From: an uncultured Bacilli bacterium
GTDB taxonomy: Bacteria; Bacillota_I; Bacilli_A; RF39; UBA660
Assembly (NCBI GenBank): GCA_947629475.1
Contig: CANRDV010000003.1
Span: forward strand, 1 to 48,088
Reading direction: 5' to 3'
DNA: 48,088 nucleotides
The translations under genes and the position numbers were made by a program. The notes below the pieces were generated by a model. The model saw only the letters and a list, made by a program, of their open reading frames with translations. It made no database searches and was not told the DNA's origin. Below are positions 34,630-44,751 of this stretch, one piece after another; positions within the stretch are counted from its first letter, which is position 1; each line of letters opens with the position of its first letter.

Positions 34630-35808
34630 ATGGATTATATTATAATTGGAGGAGGAGTTGCTGGAATGGTTGCAGCTATTAATCTAGCAAGAAATGGATG
34701 TAAAGTAACGATTTTAGAAAGAAATAATAAATTAGGTAAAAAGTTATTATTAACTGGTAACTCGAGATGTAACTTTTGGAATCAAAATGTAAATATAGAT
34801 TGTTATCATGCAAGTAATAAAGAATTATTTCAAGAATTTTTAATTAATAATCAAGATAAAGTATTAGAATTTATTAAGTCTATTGGAGTAATACCTAAAA
34901 ATATAAATGGTTATTATTATCCTTTTACAAATCAATCTGTTACAGTTTTAAATGCTTTAGTTACAACCTTAAATAAATTAAATGTTAATATTATCTTTGA
35001 CTCTTTAGTAGAAAAAATTGAAAAGAAAGATAACTTTATTATTTATACTAATAAAGGAATATATCAAACAAATAAAGTAGTCTTAGCCATGGGTGGTGCA
35101 AGTTACTCTAAAACCGGAAGTGATGGTATGGGTTATAAAATATTAGAAAGTTTTAATCATAAAGTTAATAAAGTTTTACCATCGCTTTGTAAATTATATG
35201 GAAACTATAACTTTAAAGAATTAAAAGGAGTTAAAAGTGAAGTTAATTTATCTTTAGTTGAAGATAATAAACTAATTAAAGAAGAACATGGAGAGTTATT
35301 ATTCTTAGAAAATGGTTTAAGTGGCATTTGTTTATTTAATTTAAGTGGGGATGTTGTAAGAGGATTAAATCAAAATAAAAAGGAAGTAATTTATATTAAT
35401 TTCATGCCTTTTATTGAAAAAGATAAAGTCTTAGAGTTTTTAGATAAGAAAGAAAAAGAAACAAATTATAATTTAAGAAGTATTTTAGAAGGATTTTTGA
35501 ATTATAAAATAGTTAATTTAATATATAAAAAATTAAAATTAAATGATAATCTTAAATGGAAAATGGCACCTAAAGATAAAATAATTAAAGAGTTAACAAA
35601 CTTTGAATTTATTCCAACTTCTAGTTCTAAATTAGATGAAGCCCAGGTAGTAACAGGAGGTCTAACTTTAAATGAGGTTAATTTAAAGACAATGGAGTCA
35701 AAGAAAGTAAAGGGTTTATATATAGTTGGAGAGTTATTAGATGTTGATGGTATCTGTGGTGGCTATAATTTAGGATTTGCTATCATGAGCGCGCTTGAGG
35801 TAAGATAA
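34630..35808 (+). CDS. HI0933/YhiN family flavoprotein
   Basis: IIGGGVAG, GKKLLLTGN.RCN, LAMGG.SY.KTGSDG.G, GLSG, AQVVTGG, TMESK, GELLDVDGICGGYNL. Confidence 0.88.
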   Translation: MDYIIIGGGVAGMVAAINLARNGCKVTILERNNKLGKKLLLTGNSRCNFWNQNVNIDCYHASNKELFQEFLINNQDKVLEFIKSIGVIPKNINGYYYPFTNQSVTVLNALVTTLNKLNVNIIFDSLVEKIEKKDNFIIYTNKGIYQTNKVVLAMGGASYSKTGSDGMGYKILESFNHKVNKVLPSLCKLYGNYNFKELKGVKSEVNLSLVEDNKLIKEEHGELLFLENGLSGICLFNLSGDVVRGLNQNKKEVIYINFMPFIEKDKVLEFLDKKEKETNYNLRSILEGFLNYKIVNLIYKKLKLNDNLKWKMAPKDKIIKELTNFEFIPTSSSKLDEAQVVTGGLTLNEVNLKTMESKKVKGLYIVGELLDVDGICGGYNLGFAIMSALEVR

Positions 35809-37379
35809 TGATTAGAGTAAGACAAGTTAAAATAAAAGTATTAGAAGATAACTATGATAATTTAGTTATAAAGGTTAGTAAAATATTAAAAGTAAATAAA
35901 GATGATATTAAAAATATTAAAATAGTTAAAAAATCAATTGATGCTAGAGATAAAAATGATATTTATTTTGTTTATGAACTTGATATTAATATAGATAATG
36001 AAGATAAAGTCTTAAAAAGAAATAAAGATATTATTAAAGTTGAATCAGAAAAGTTAAAGATTAAAAAAGGAAATATTAAATTAGAAAATAGAATAATTAT
36101 CGTTGGTATGGGACCAGCTGGGTTATTTGCAGGCTACCTACTTTCCAAATATGGATATAAACCTTTACTAATTGAAAGAGGTAAAAAAGTTGAAGAAAGA
36201 ATTTCTGATGTTGAAAAGTTTTGGAGTTCTAATATTTTAGACCTTGATAGTAATGTCCAATTCGGAGAAGGAGGAGCTGGGACATTTTCGGATGGGAAAC
36301 TTAATACTTTAATTAAAGATAAAGAACATTTTAAAGAAAAAGTTTTAGAAATATTTATTGAAAATGGAGCTGATAGTAGTATTAAATATCTTGCTAACCC
36401 TCATATTGGAACTGATGAACTAAGAAAAATTATTAAGAATATGCGTGATAATATTCTTAAACTTGGTGGTGAGATTTTATATCAAACGAAGTTAACTAAT
36501 TTAATAATCAAAGATAATAAATTAGAATCAATTGAAGTTAACGACAAAGAGATAATTCCTTGTTCTAATTTAATCTTAGCAATTGGTCATAGTGCGAGAG
36601 ATACCTTCTTAATCTTAAAAGACAAATTAGAAATTACTTCCAAACCCTTTGCCGTTGGAGTTCGGATAATGCATAAAAGAGATATGGTTGATACTAATCA
36701 ATATGGTAAATTTAAAGATGTTTTAGGTCCTGCTAGTTATAAATTAACTTATCAAGCAAGAAATAAGCGTGGAGTATATACATTTTGTATGTGTCCAGGA
36801 GGGTATGTTGTAAACGCATCAAGTGAAAACGAAGGACTAGTAGTCAACGGGATGAGTAATAAAAAAAGAGATACCGAAGACTCAAACAGTGCCGTTGTTG
36901 TTACTATTTCTAAAGATGACTTTGGTTCAAACATATTAGATGGAATGGAATATCAAAGAGATTTAGAGAAAAAAGCTTATAAATTAGGGGCTGGAAAAAT
37001 TCCTATCCAATTATATAAAGACTTTAAAGAAAATAAAAAAACAACTTCGCTTGGTTTAATAAACCCAATTACTAAGGGAGATTATACCTTAACAAACTTA
37101 AGAGAAATATTACCAGATTACATAACAGAATCGTTAATCGAAGCAATTGATGAATTTAGTAAAAAAATCCCAGGATTTAACCAAAATGATGCGATTTTAG
37201 CTGGAGTTGAAACAAGAACTTCATCCCCAATTAGAATGGAAAGATGCGAAAACTTCGAAGCAAGTGTCAAAGGAATATTTCCCTGTGGCGAAGGGGCAGG
37301 ATATGCTGGAGGTATTACGTCATCAGCAATTGATGGATTAAAAGTTGCCAAAGAATTAATAGAAAGGTATAAAATATAG
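35808..37379 (+). CDS. Uncharacterised FAD-dependent oxidoreductase
   Basis: GMGPAG, FGEGGAGTFSDGKL, PHIGTD, GHSARD, TFCMCPGG, VNGMS, ETRTSSP, GEGAGYAGGI. Confidence 0.85.
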   Translation: MIRVRQVKIKVLEDNYDNLVIKVSKILKVNKDDIKNIKIVKKSIDARDKNDIYFVYELDINIDNEDKVLKRNKDIIKVESEKLKIKKGNIKLENRIIIVGMGPAGLFAGYLLSKYGYKPLLIERGKKVEERISDVEKFWSSNILDLDSNVQFGEGGAGTFSDGKLNTLIKDKEHFKEKVLEIFIENGADSSIKYLANPHIGTDELRKIIKNMRDNILKLGGEILYQTKLTNLIIKDNKLESIEVNDKEIIPCSNLILAIGHSARDTFLILKDKLEITSKPFAVGVRIMHKRDMVDTNQYGKFKDVLGPASYKLTYQARNKRGVYTFCMCPGGYVVNASSENEGLVVNGMSNKKRDTEDSNSAVVVTISKDDFGSNILDGMEYQRDLEKKAYKLGAGKIPIQLYKDFKENKKTTSLGLINPITKGDYTLTNLREILPDYITESLIEAIDEFSKKIPGFNQNDAILAGVETRTSSPIRMERCENFEASVKGIFPCGEGAGYAGGITSSAIDGLKVAKELIERYKI

Positions 37380-37387
37380 GTGAAGAA

Positions 37388-38530
37388 ATGGCAAATATAA
37401 ATGATTATTTAAAATGGAGAGGGGATATTAAGATTTCAAAAGATTATCCCTTTAATGAAGTAGACAGTATGATTTTAGCAAGATTTTCATATTTACTATT
37501 TAGCAAAATAAAAATGAATAAAATAGAAACAATTGGAAATATTTCTTTAAAAATGAAAGATTTTCCAGATAACGAATTTTTATATAATGGAGATAAAGAA
37601 TTAATTACCAATTTAGGTACTAGTTTAAGATTTAAAAATTTAAAAGTAACGGATTATGTCGAAAATAATAATAAAGCAAGAGAAGAACAATTCGGAGCAA
37701 TCACAATTCACTTATCCCTTAAAGAATTATATATTTCTTATCTTGGAACTGATATGTCAATTATTGGTTGGAAAGAAGACTTTAATATGGGATTTATGGA
37801 TACCGTTCCTTGTCAAATTGAGGGATTAGATTATCTTCATAAAATATCTTTAAAATATCCTTCCAAAAAAATTCGTATTGGAGGACATTCCAAGGGAGGT
37901 AATGTTGCAATATTCGCAGCTATCACTGCTCCTAAGAGAATCCAAATGAAAATTACCAAAGTATATAACTATGATGGACCAGGTTTTAGTAAAGAAATTA
38001 TTGATAAATATGAAAATCCTGATATCCTAAAGAAAATAGAAACTTATATTCCTCAAGATTCAATTATTGGAAGAGTTTTAAATCATAAAGAAAAAACAAC
38101 AATTGTCTATAGTCTTGAAAAAGGAATCTTAGAACATGATATCTTTTCTTGGCAAGTATTTAAAGATGATGTTATTAAACTTCCTGAAAATACCAAAGCA
38201 AGTGAAGCCATAGATAAAACTTTAACAAATTGGATTGAAACAACAACCGATGAACAAAGAAAAATATTTATTGATGTTATCTTTGATTTATTTTATTCAA
38301 CTAATGCTAATACCTTTTCAGAACTAGCTGCTGATTTAAAAACTAATATTCCTAAAATTCTAAAAAAATATGAAGAAATATCTAAGGAAGATAAACAAGT
38401 ATTAACAACAATGATTATTAAACTTATTAAATCTAATCTTGGAGTTAGAAAAAATGATGGTATCAAAAAAATTATTGATATTAAAGATGAATATTTTAAT
38501 AAACTAAAAAAAGTTAAAGAAAGAGTATAA
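37388..38530 (+). CDS. DUF2974 (Mbeg1-like) alpha/beta hydrolase
   Basis: DYLKWRGD, GTD...GWKEDF, nucleophile GHSKGG, DGPGF, PQDSIIG, HDIFSW. Confidence 0.88.
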   Translation: MANINDYLKWRGDIKISKDYPFNEVDSMILARFSYLLFSKIKMNKIETIGNISLKMKDFPDNEFLYNGDKELITNLGTSLRFKNLKVTDYVENNNKAREEQFGAITIHLSLKELYISYLGTDMSIIGWKEDFNMGFMDTVPCQIEGLDYLHKISLKYPSKKIRIGGHSKGGNVAIFAAITAPKRIQMKITKVYNYDGPGFSKEIIDKYENPDILKKIETYIPQDSIIGRVLNHKEKTTIVYSLEKGILEHDIFSWQVFKDDVIKLPENTKASEAIDKTLTNWIETTTDEQRKIFIDVIFDLFYSTNANTFSELAADLKTNIPKILKKYEEISKEDKQVLTTMIIKLIKSNLGVRKNDGIKKIIDIKDEYFNKLKKVKERV

Positions 38531-38536
38531 AATTAT

Positions 38537-40069
38537 TTATTCTCTTTCTTTAACAATACTAGGTTTATATCTTTGATTACCATTAAAATAATTTAAATAA
38601 GTTTTTTCAGAATCTTCTAAATAAGGAGTTTTATCTTTACTAAGTTTAGGAAAAATATAACATAATTCATTATCAATAAATAATAAGTAATCACCTAAAT
38701 TAACTTTATCACTATTATCATACCAAACTAAAACTTTTTCTTTATTTCTTTCATAATGAATACTACTTACTTTTAAAAAGTAATTTAATTTACTTGTAAA
38801 GATATAAAATAAATACCAAACTACATAAACATTATTATCATTGATACTACCATGAGCTTCAACTTTATTCCTTAATAGTCTAATAAGTTTAAATAAACCT
38901 AAGAAACTAATAGAATCTCCTTCTAACTTAACCCCTAAAAAATTAGCCATATAATTTAAATAATTAGTTTCTTCATCAGTTAACTTTATAGTTTCAGTTT
39001 TAATATCATAAATTAAATCATCCTTTTTAACTAACTTATAAATATTTTTAGAAGTAATCGGAATAGAATCAATTGCTAATTCTCTTACAACTTCATTATT
39101 ATTATGGTACTTATTATATAAATAATAAAGAACCATTTTAGAAAGTGCAACTATATAATTTAATAAAATTAAAATACTTTGATAAGCTGAATCTGTTAAA
39201 TAAGCATTTTTATATAATTCTAATAAAAAATCATCATTAGGTAAATTAGAATGTTCTAACTTCATCTTTTCTTGAAAATAATATTTTGATTTACTTACTA
39301 AATCAGAATAATCTTCTCGAACATAATTTAATTTATCAATACTTAATAAATTTTCAATATATTCTAATAAGTTAATATCTTTAGAAATAACTCTTAATCC
39401 ATTTTTATAACTTAGTTTAGAATTATCACTTACAACTATAAAATAGATAACTTTATTTTTATATAATTCATAATCTTTTAGATTTTTACTTACAATAACA
39501 AGTGTATTTTTTAAGATTATATCTTTTTTACTTTGATATTTATTAAGTTCACTATCTTTTATATAAAAGTTCTTTTTATTAATACTATATTCTAAATTAT
39601 TATTTAAATCAAAGGTTGATGAAAGTAAATTATCTTTTATTAAAATATAATTAAATAAATTAGGATTTCTTTTAAACTTTATTATCTTTAAACTTTGATT
39701 ATCTTTTTTAGGTAATAAAAGATATAAGATATAGAAAATAATGATAATAAATAATTCTAAACTAAAGAAAATAATTGTATTATAAGTACTAATATATTTA
39801 TTTAAGAAAATATAGATTAAAAGAACTTTAATAATACCTAAAATAGGGTAAGTAATAATTAATTTAAAGTTATTATCCTTTTTAGAACCTAAAAGATAAA
39901 AAAAGTAAATGAGGTTAAATCCAAGAACAATGACAATAATTCTAATATATGATGAAAGTCTTGTAAAAATAGTTATCCCCATAATTGTGGATAAAAAATA
40001 ATTTAGGAATACAAACTCTAAGATTAAAGAAGTATATAAGATAATCTGATTAGTTTTCGTTAATTTCAT
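38537..40069 (-). CDS. Membrane protein (about 4 TM) with C-terminal HEPN-like motif
   Basis: Hydrophobic N-terminal ~120 aa. Helical C-terminal domain with LRNKVEAHG (38852-38872). Confidence 0.55.
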   Translation of the reverse strand: MKLTKTNQIILYTSLILEFVFLNYFLSTIMGITIFTRLSSYIRIIVIVLGFNLIYFFYLLGSKKDNNFKLIITYPILGIIKVLLIYIFLNKYISTYNTIIFFSLELFIIIIFYILYLLLPKKDNQSLKIIKFKRNPNLFNYILIKDNLLSSTFDLNNNLEYSINKKNFYIKDSELNKYQSKKDIILKNTLVIVSKNLKDYELYKNKVIYFIVVSDNSKLSYKNGLRVISKDINLLEYIENLLSIDKLNYVREDYSDLVSKSKYYFQEKMKLEHSNLPNDDFLLELYKNAYLTDSAYQSILILLNYIVALSKMVLYYLYNKYHNNNEVVRELAIDSIPITSKNIYKLVKKDDLIYDIKTETIKLTDEETNYLNYMANFLGVKLEGDSISFLGLFKLIRLLRNKVEAHGSINDNNVYVVWYLFYIFTSKLNYFLKVSSIHYERNKEKVLVWYDNSDKVNLGDYLLFIDNELCYIFPKLSKDKTPYLEDSEKTYLNYFNGNQRYKPSIVKERE

Positions 40070-41901
40070 TTTCTCACCTCATCTATTTTAATTTTATTAT
40101 CTCTAGATTTAACTAAGATATTTCCATTTTTATAATCTAAATATTCTAGTAATAAATCTTTATTTTCAAGTGCACCATAACTATATAAATAAGAATCATT
40201 TTTCTTTTCTTCTAAAGCTTTAAAACTAGTATTAAATAAACCTTGAATTAAATCATGTTCCTTGATAGTAATATTTAAACTTAAAAATGAAGTTATTATT
40301 TCTTTAGTAAGAGTAAATAAATCATCAACTAAATAGGTAGATACATCATAAGTTAAAACTCCATGAACTAAGATATTATTACGAACTTTGATTAAATAAG
40401 TACAAATATCTTGATAAAAGCAAACTGTTTTATCTTTAAACTTTCGCTCTTCTTTAAATAAATCATCAATATGGTTGAAAGCTTCAATTATTTCAGGATT
40501 ATCATACTTCTTATTTTTAGCATTCTTTATCTTTTGATAATTAATCCAAGTACCAAGAGTAGGTATCTTTAATTCTTCTTTAGCAACCTCAGACATATTA
40601 GTTAAATCTTTCTCAACAATATTCTTTAAAGCTCGATAATGAAGACAATATTCAAATAACTTTAAGATAGTATAAAAGTTTTCAATTTGATTTAAAGAAT
40701 TTTCAATTTGTTTTAATCCAAATATTATATATTTATTAGGTTTAATATCTTTAACTTCTTTTAATAGATTATCTACTTTTTCTTTTAAAATAATATTATC
40801 ATTATCATTAACTACTTCTTTTAAAACTTTAAGTTCTAATTTATTTTTAAAATGAAATTTATAAGTCTTTTGTATTTCTTTAGCAAACTTAGTATTACTT
40901 TTTGCTATTATTTTAAACTTATAATTTTTACTGATATCATTAATTTTCTTAAGTAAATAGACTTTAGAATATTTATCAAGAAAACTTAAGGAATAACTAT
41001 TTAGATTTATTAGATAGTAAATATTTTTATAACTATTTATATCTATTAAATTTAATCTAATCGCAGTGTAAGATACAATATTAAAACTTTTATTTTCTAT
41101 TACTAAGTTATTTAAAATATTATTAGATAATTTGTTAAATCCTTTAAATTCATTACTTAAACCTAGATTAAAGAAAGAGTTTTCTAAAGTTAAAACAACA
41201 AATAAATTTTTATTTGAATTATTATCTTTATTTATTTTCTTAACTGTAAGAATAGATATTACCATTTTTATTCCAAAATAGATTAAGTAAATAACTAAGA
41301 ATGATAGTAATAAGTATTGTATTTTTCTTGGATACATATAAAGACTAGGTACTTGAGACATTACAATTCCAAATAGAATTATAAAGATATAATGATATAT
41401 TCTTTTATAAAGAGATTCTAGGATATAAAAGAAAGTACCTTTTGGAGTCTTTTCAGTAAATAGAAAATATATAGGTATTAATAAAGTAAGAAAGGGGATA
41501 GTGCATACAATAATTAAAGTTATTCTTACATTAAAGTTTGGATAAAAAAATGGAACTGATAGAAAGTTATAAAAATTAAGAAATATATTTGAATCGTCCC
41601 ATTTAAGATAGTTAGTATTACTTGGAAATAAAGTTATAATTATTGGTAATATTAATAATAATATATAAAGAATACAACTAAATATTTTATGTTTTTTTAG
41701 AAATAGAAAGTTATTAAAGAAAAGAAATTGAGTTAAAACTAATAAAGAAATAAAGCAAGAAAAATAGATAAATGTTCCATCTAAAAATGGGAAATAGTAA
41801 AATCCATTTAAAGATATATTTAAACCTATTAAAAGAAATATTATTAATATAATAAGATAAGTTATTATTTTAAACGTTACTGTTTTCATATAGTCCCTCA
41901 T
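40066..41901 (-). CDS. Membrane protein (about 6 TM) with C-terminal HEPN-like motif
   Basis: Hydrophobic N-terminal ~220 aa. PTLGTW and VRNNILVHG (40363-40383). The start may be ATG 41889. Confidence 0.55.
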   Translation of the reverse strand: MRDYMKTVTFKIITYLIILIIFLLIGLNISLNGFYYFPFLDGTFIYFSCFISLLVLTQFLFFNNFLFLKKHKIFSCILYILLLILPIIITLFPSNTNYLKWDDSNIFLNFYNFLSVPFFYPNFNVRITLIIVCTIPFLTLLIPIYFLFTEKTPKGTFFYILESLYKRIYHYIFIILFGIVMSQVPSLYMYPRKIQYLLLSFLVIYLIYFGIKMVISILTVKKINKDNNSNKNLFVVLTLENSFFNLGLSNEFKGFNKLSNNILNNLVIENKSFNIVSYTAIRLNLIDINSYKNIYYLINLNSYSLSFLDKYSKVYLLKKINDISKNYKFKIIAKSNTKFAKEIQKTYKFHFKNKLELKVLKEVVNDNDNIILKEKVDNLLKEVKDIKPNKYIIFGLKQIENSLNQIENFYTILKLFEYCLHYRALKNIVEKDLTNMSEVAKEELKIPTLGTWINYQKIKNAKNKKYDNPEIIEAFNHIDDLFKEERKFKDKTVCFYQDICTYLIKVRNNILVHGVLTYDVSTYLVDDLFTLTKEIITSFLSLNITIKEHDLIQGLFNTSFKALEEKKNDSYLYSYGALENKDLLLEYLDYKNGNILVKSRDNKIKIDEVRK

Positions 41902-43003
41902 TTATTTGTAAATAAGTTAATTTATCTTTTTTAATATCTATATACTTAAGATAATATAGTTTATCATTAAGATAAGTTTTTACAACAAAAGTACCAAAGT
42001 CAATACTAGGTGCAACAACATATCTTTTACTTTTTAATATTGCAGAATAAATATTTGTTTCTTTATTAGTTGTAAAATCTATTTGATTAATTTCTATTTT
42101 TAAATCATTATCACTAGAATTTCTAACATATAAACTAGAACTTTGGGTATTATTTTGAAGAGTAATAGTCTTTTTAATTTTATAAGTTTTGTTATTATGT
42201 TCAAACGTTATTAAAAGATTAATATTAGTATTAGAAAATTCTTTAGTTTTATTTTCTTTTATGATAAATCCTTCTTCATTAGTAAAAATATTTTGTTTTT
42301 TATTTTTTAAGTTTAAAACTTCTTGATTAGTATTTAAAGTATTAAGAATTATTTCTATTTTTTTTATATAAGAATTAGTTATATTAAAGTTAAATTCTCG
42401 TTTTATTGTATTATTTTCTATAATATCATTTGTAGTTATAATAGATAATTTTTCTCCTTTAAAGTCATCTTTTATAAAAATTTGTTCATCTAAATTATAA
42501 GTAATTGAATCTTGAATTAATTTTTTTTCTTCACTTTCTAAAGTAATTCTACCTTGTTTATTGAAAGTTATATTATCTCCTTTTAAAGTAAAATTACAGA
42601 TATTTTCTTTTAAATTAATTTCTTTGCTTTTAGACATATCTTTTGTTTTAAAGTTATAGGTTTTAAGTTCTAAATCTGAAATACCAGTATAGCCTTCTTG
42701 ATTAGTTTTTAAAGTTATGTCATTATTAAAGGTATCATAGAAAGTTATTTCATAATCTTTAATTGGTTTATCATTATTATCTAAAACTTTGAATAAACAA
42801 TAATTATCAGTTTTAGAATCAGAAAATGGTTTACTATAAAATTGTTTTTCTTTATAATAATTAGTATAGTAATCAGTAAAACTTTTCATGAATAAATCAT
42901 TTTCTTTTAAATTAGTATAATCTATAGGTTTCTTAATTATTAAAATAGAACTTATTCCAAGTAAGATAATGATAATAATTGTTATTGATATTATTTTTTT
43001 CAT
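41870..43003 (-). CDS. Membrane-anchored surface protein with CnaB/SpaA (prealbumin-like) domain
   Basis: N-terminal anchor, FKVLDNNDKPIKDYEITFYD...LKTNQEG...ISDL...Y.F, C-terminal FGTFVVK beta-sandwich. Confidence 0.55.
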   Translation of the reverse strand: MKKIISITIIIIILLGISSILIIKKPIDYTNLKENDLFMKSFTDYYTNYYKEKQFYSKPFSDSKTDNYCLFKVLDNNDKPIKDYEITFYDTFNNDITLKTNQEGYTGISDLELKTYNFKTKDMSKSKEINLKENICNFTLKGDNITFNKQGRITLESEEKKLIQDSITYNLDEQIFIKDDFKGEKLSIITTNDIIENNTIKREFNFNITNSYIKKIEIILNTLNTNQEVLNLKNKKQNIFTNEEGFIIKENKTKEFSNTNINLLITFEHNNKTYKIKKTITLQNNTQSSSLYVRNSSDNDLKIEINQIDFTTNKETNIYSAILKSKRYVVAPSIDFGTFVVKTYLNDKLYYLKYIDIKKDKLTYLQINEGLYENSNV

Positions 43004-43011
43004 ACTCCTCC

Positions 43012-43989
43012 TTAATGAATATTTATTGTAGCTGTAATAGAATCGTTATAAAGTGTATATATTCTGGCAGCATAGTCTTCGTTGTTGGAAAGATAAGCAT
43101 TTGCTTTTAAATCATAGTAAGAAACATCAAGGGTATAATCAAAATGCTTAGTCTCTTTAGAAAAAGCTATGTAAAAGTTTTTCTTGTGTAAGTTTGCTAA
43201 ATTAGTAACTTTTTCTCCTTTATCATTATAAATATCTATTTTAACGTCGCCATTTTCACCTTTAGCAGTTATTTTAGCATCTTTAACAATACCATTTTTA
43301 ACATTATAGGTAACTGGACCTACTAAATATTTAAGGTCGGCACTTTGTAAATCAGCAGAGTAGTTTTTAGTAGTTAATGTTAAGACATTGGTAACTTCTT
43401 GATAATTACGATTTTTATTCCAATTATCAACATATTCAACGAGTTTAGAAGCCGAATTGTAGACTCTTTCATTTATTCTAGTCTCTCCAACATAACTTCT
43501 AATACCATTTATTCTAGCAGTTGTTGAGGAATAGATTGCTTCTCTTGTTCTACTAGCCATTTCCCATAAAGCAAGTTGAATAGCAAAATAAGCTTCATCT
43601 TCATTTATAACATTCATTTCTTCTAAAGAAACTAGGGGATAACTATTTCTAAATATAAGATAGATTTGGTCACTTAATGGACCTTTATATTTTAAAACAT
43701 CACCAACTTTTAAATTACTGTGACCCATTGATAAACTAAAAATATCCATGTTTTGGCTATTTCCATAGTAATGCTTATTTAAAGGGTCAAATTTAAATTT
43801 TGTATTAAAAGTTGAGACTTTATTAATTATTATATCATCTTCTTCAAAACCAGTATATAAATTAACTTCATCACCTAAATCTTTAACAAAGACTGAATCA
43901 TTTTTTTCTTCAATTTGTAATGTTACAAAAATTGTTAAGATAATTATTTCTAAAGTTATTAACATTAAATATTTTGAATATTTTTTCAC
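43012..43989 (-). CDS. Membrane-anchored thioester-domain (TED)-like protein without cysteine
   Basis: IFRNSYP.VSLEE...EAYFAIQLALWE matches the TED GYP...TQxAxW core. The protein contains no Cys. Confidence 0.6.
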   Translation of the reverse strand: MKKYSKYLMLITLEIIILTIFVTLQIEEKNDSVFVKDLGDEVNLYTGFEEDDIIINKVSTFNTKFKFDPLNKHYYGNSQNMDIFSLSMGHSNLKVGDVLKYKGPLSDQIYLIFRNSYPLVSLEEMNVINEDEAYFAIQLALWEMASRTREAIYSSTTARINGIRSYVGETRINERVYNSASKLVEYVDNWNKNRNYQEVTNVLTLTTKNYSADLQSADLKYLVGPVTYNVKNGIVKDAKITAKGENGDVKIDIYNDKGEKVTNLANLHKKNFYIAFSKETKHFDYTLDVSYYDLKANAYLSNNEDYAARIYTLYNDSITATINIH

Positions 43990-44657
43990 TCTAGTACCCC
44001 CTCTTCATTTAAATGAAGTTTAATTCCAATTACTTTATCTTGTTCAATTTTAACAAAAAACTTTTTAGGGTTATCTATTCCATCTTGAACTATATAACAA
44101 AGGTCTGCTGTTATGTGTTCAAAGGCAATCATTCCTTTTTCATTAGTTTTAGAACTTAAAAAGACTCTGCCCCAACTATCAAGTACGTTAATTTTAATAT
44201 CAGGAATAGGATTATCATTTTTATCAAGTACAAGAACAACAAAAGCACGTTCATTCATTGAAGTTGGAGAAAAATGATAACTTTTATTATTTTCTGAGAA
44301 TTTTAAATAATATTCGTTTGTATCTAATCCACTATAACTATGATTACTTACTTCTTTTAAAGTATATTCTCCATTTTTAAGTCCAACTAATCCTCCAACT
44401 CCCTCTTTATTTAAACTGAAATTATAACTTTTCTTTGTTTTTATATTAGTTAATTTCCAATCAGAATAATCTTTATCATCACGAAAGTATCTACTAATGT
44501 ATAAATAGTTTTCAGTTGTACCAACTATATTACATTGTTCTTCATTATAAGTTTTTCTAACTTCGTTTAAGGCTTTTTCATATTGTAAATTTTGATAACT
44601 TAGTAAGATAAAAACTCCTAAAATTATAATGATTAAAATAAAAATAAATTTTTTCAC
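43986..44657 (-). CDS. Membrane-anchored protein with two CnaB/SpaA-like beta-sandwich domains
   Basis: GTG start with RBS GGAGGA. LNKEG...GLKNGEYTLKEV and VLDKNDNPIPDIKINVLD...KTNEKG...FEHI. Confidence 0.6.
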   Translation of the reverse strand: MKKFIFILIIIILGVFILLSYQNLQYEKALNEVRKTYNEEQCNIVGTTENYLYISRYFRDDKDYSDWKLTNIKTKKSYNFSLNKEGVGGLVGLKNGEYTLKEVSNHSYSGLDTNEYYLKFSENNKSYHFSPTSMNERAFVVLVLDKNDNPIPDIKINVLDSWGRVFLSSKTNEKGMIAFEHITADLCYIVQDGIDNPKKFFVKIEQDKVIGIKLHLNEEGVLE

Positions 44658-44681
44658 AACGTTCCTCCAAATTTCAACTTT

Positions 44682-44710
44682 ATTTTAGTATAAATAGATT
44701 AAATTGTCAA
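44682..44710 (-). promoter_or_regulatory. Sigma-A promoter of the five-gene operon
   Basis: Minus strand TTGACA (44710-44705), 17 bp, TAAAAT (44687-44682). Confidence 0.7.
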
Positions 44711-44751
44711 TTATTGTAGATTTTTTTTAAAATAATTAGTATAATTAAGTA

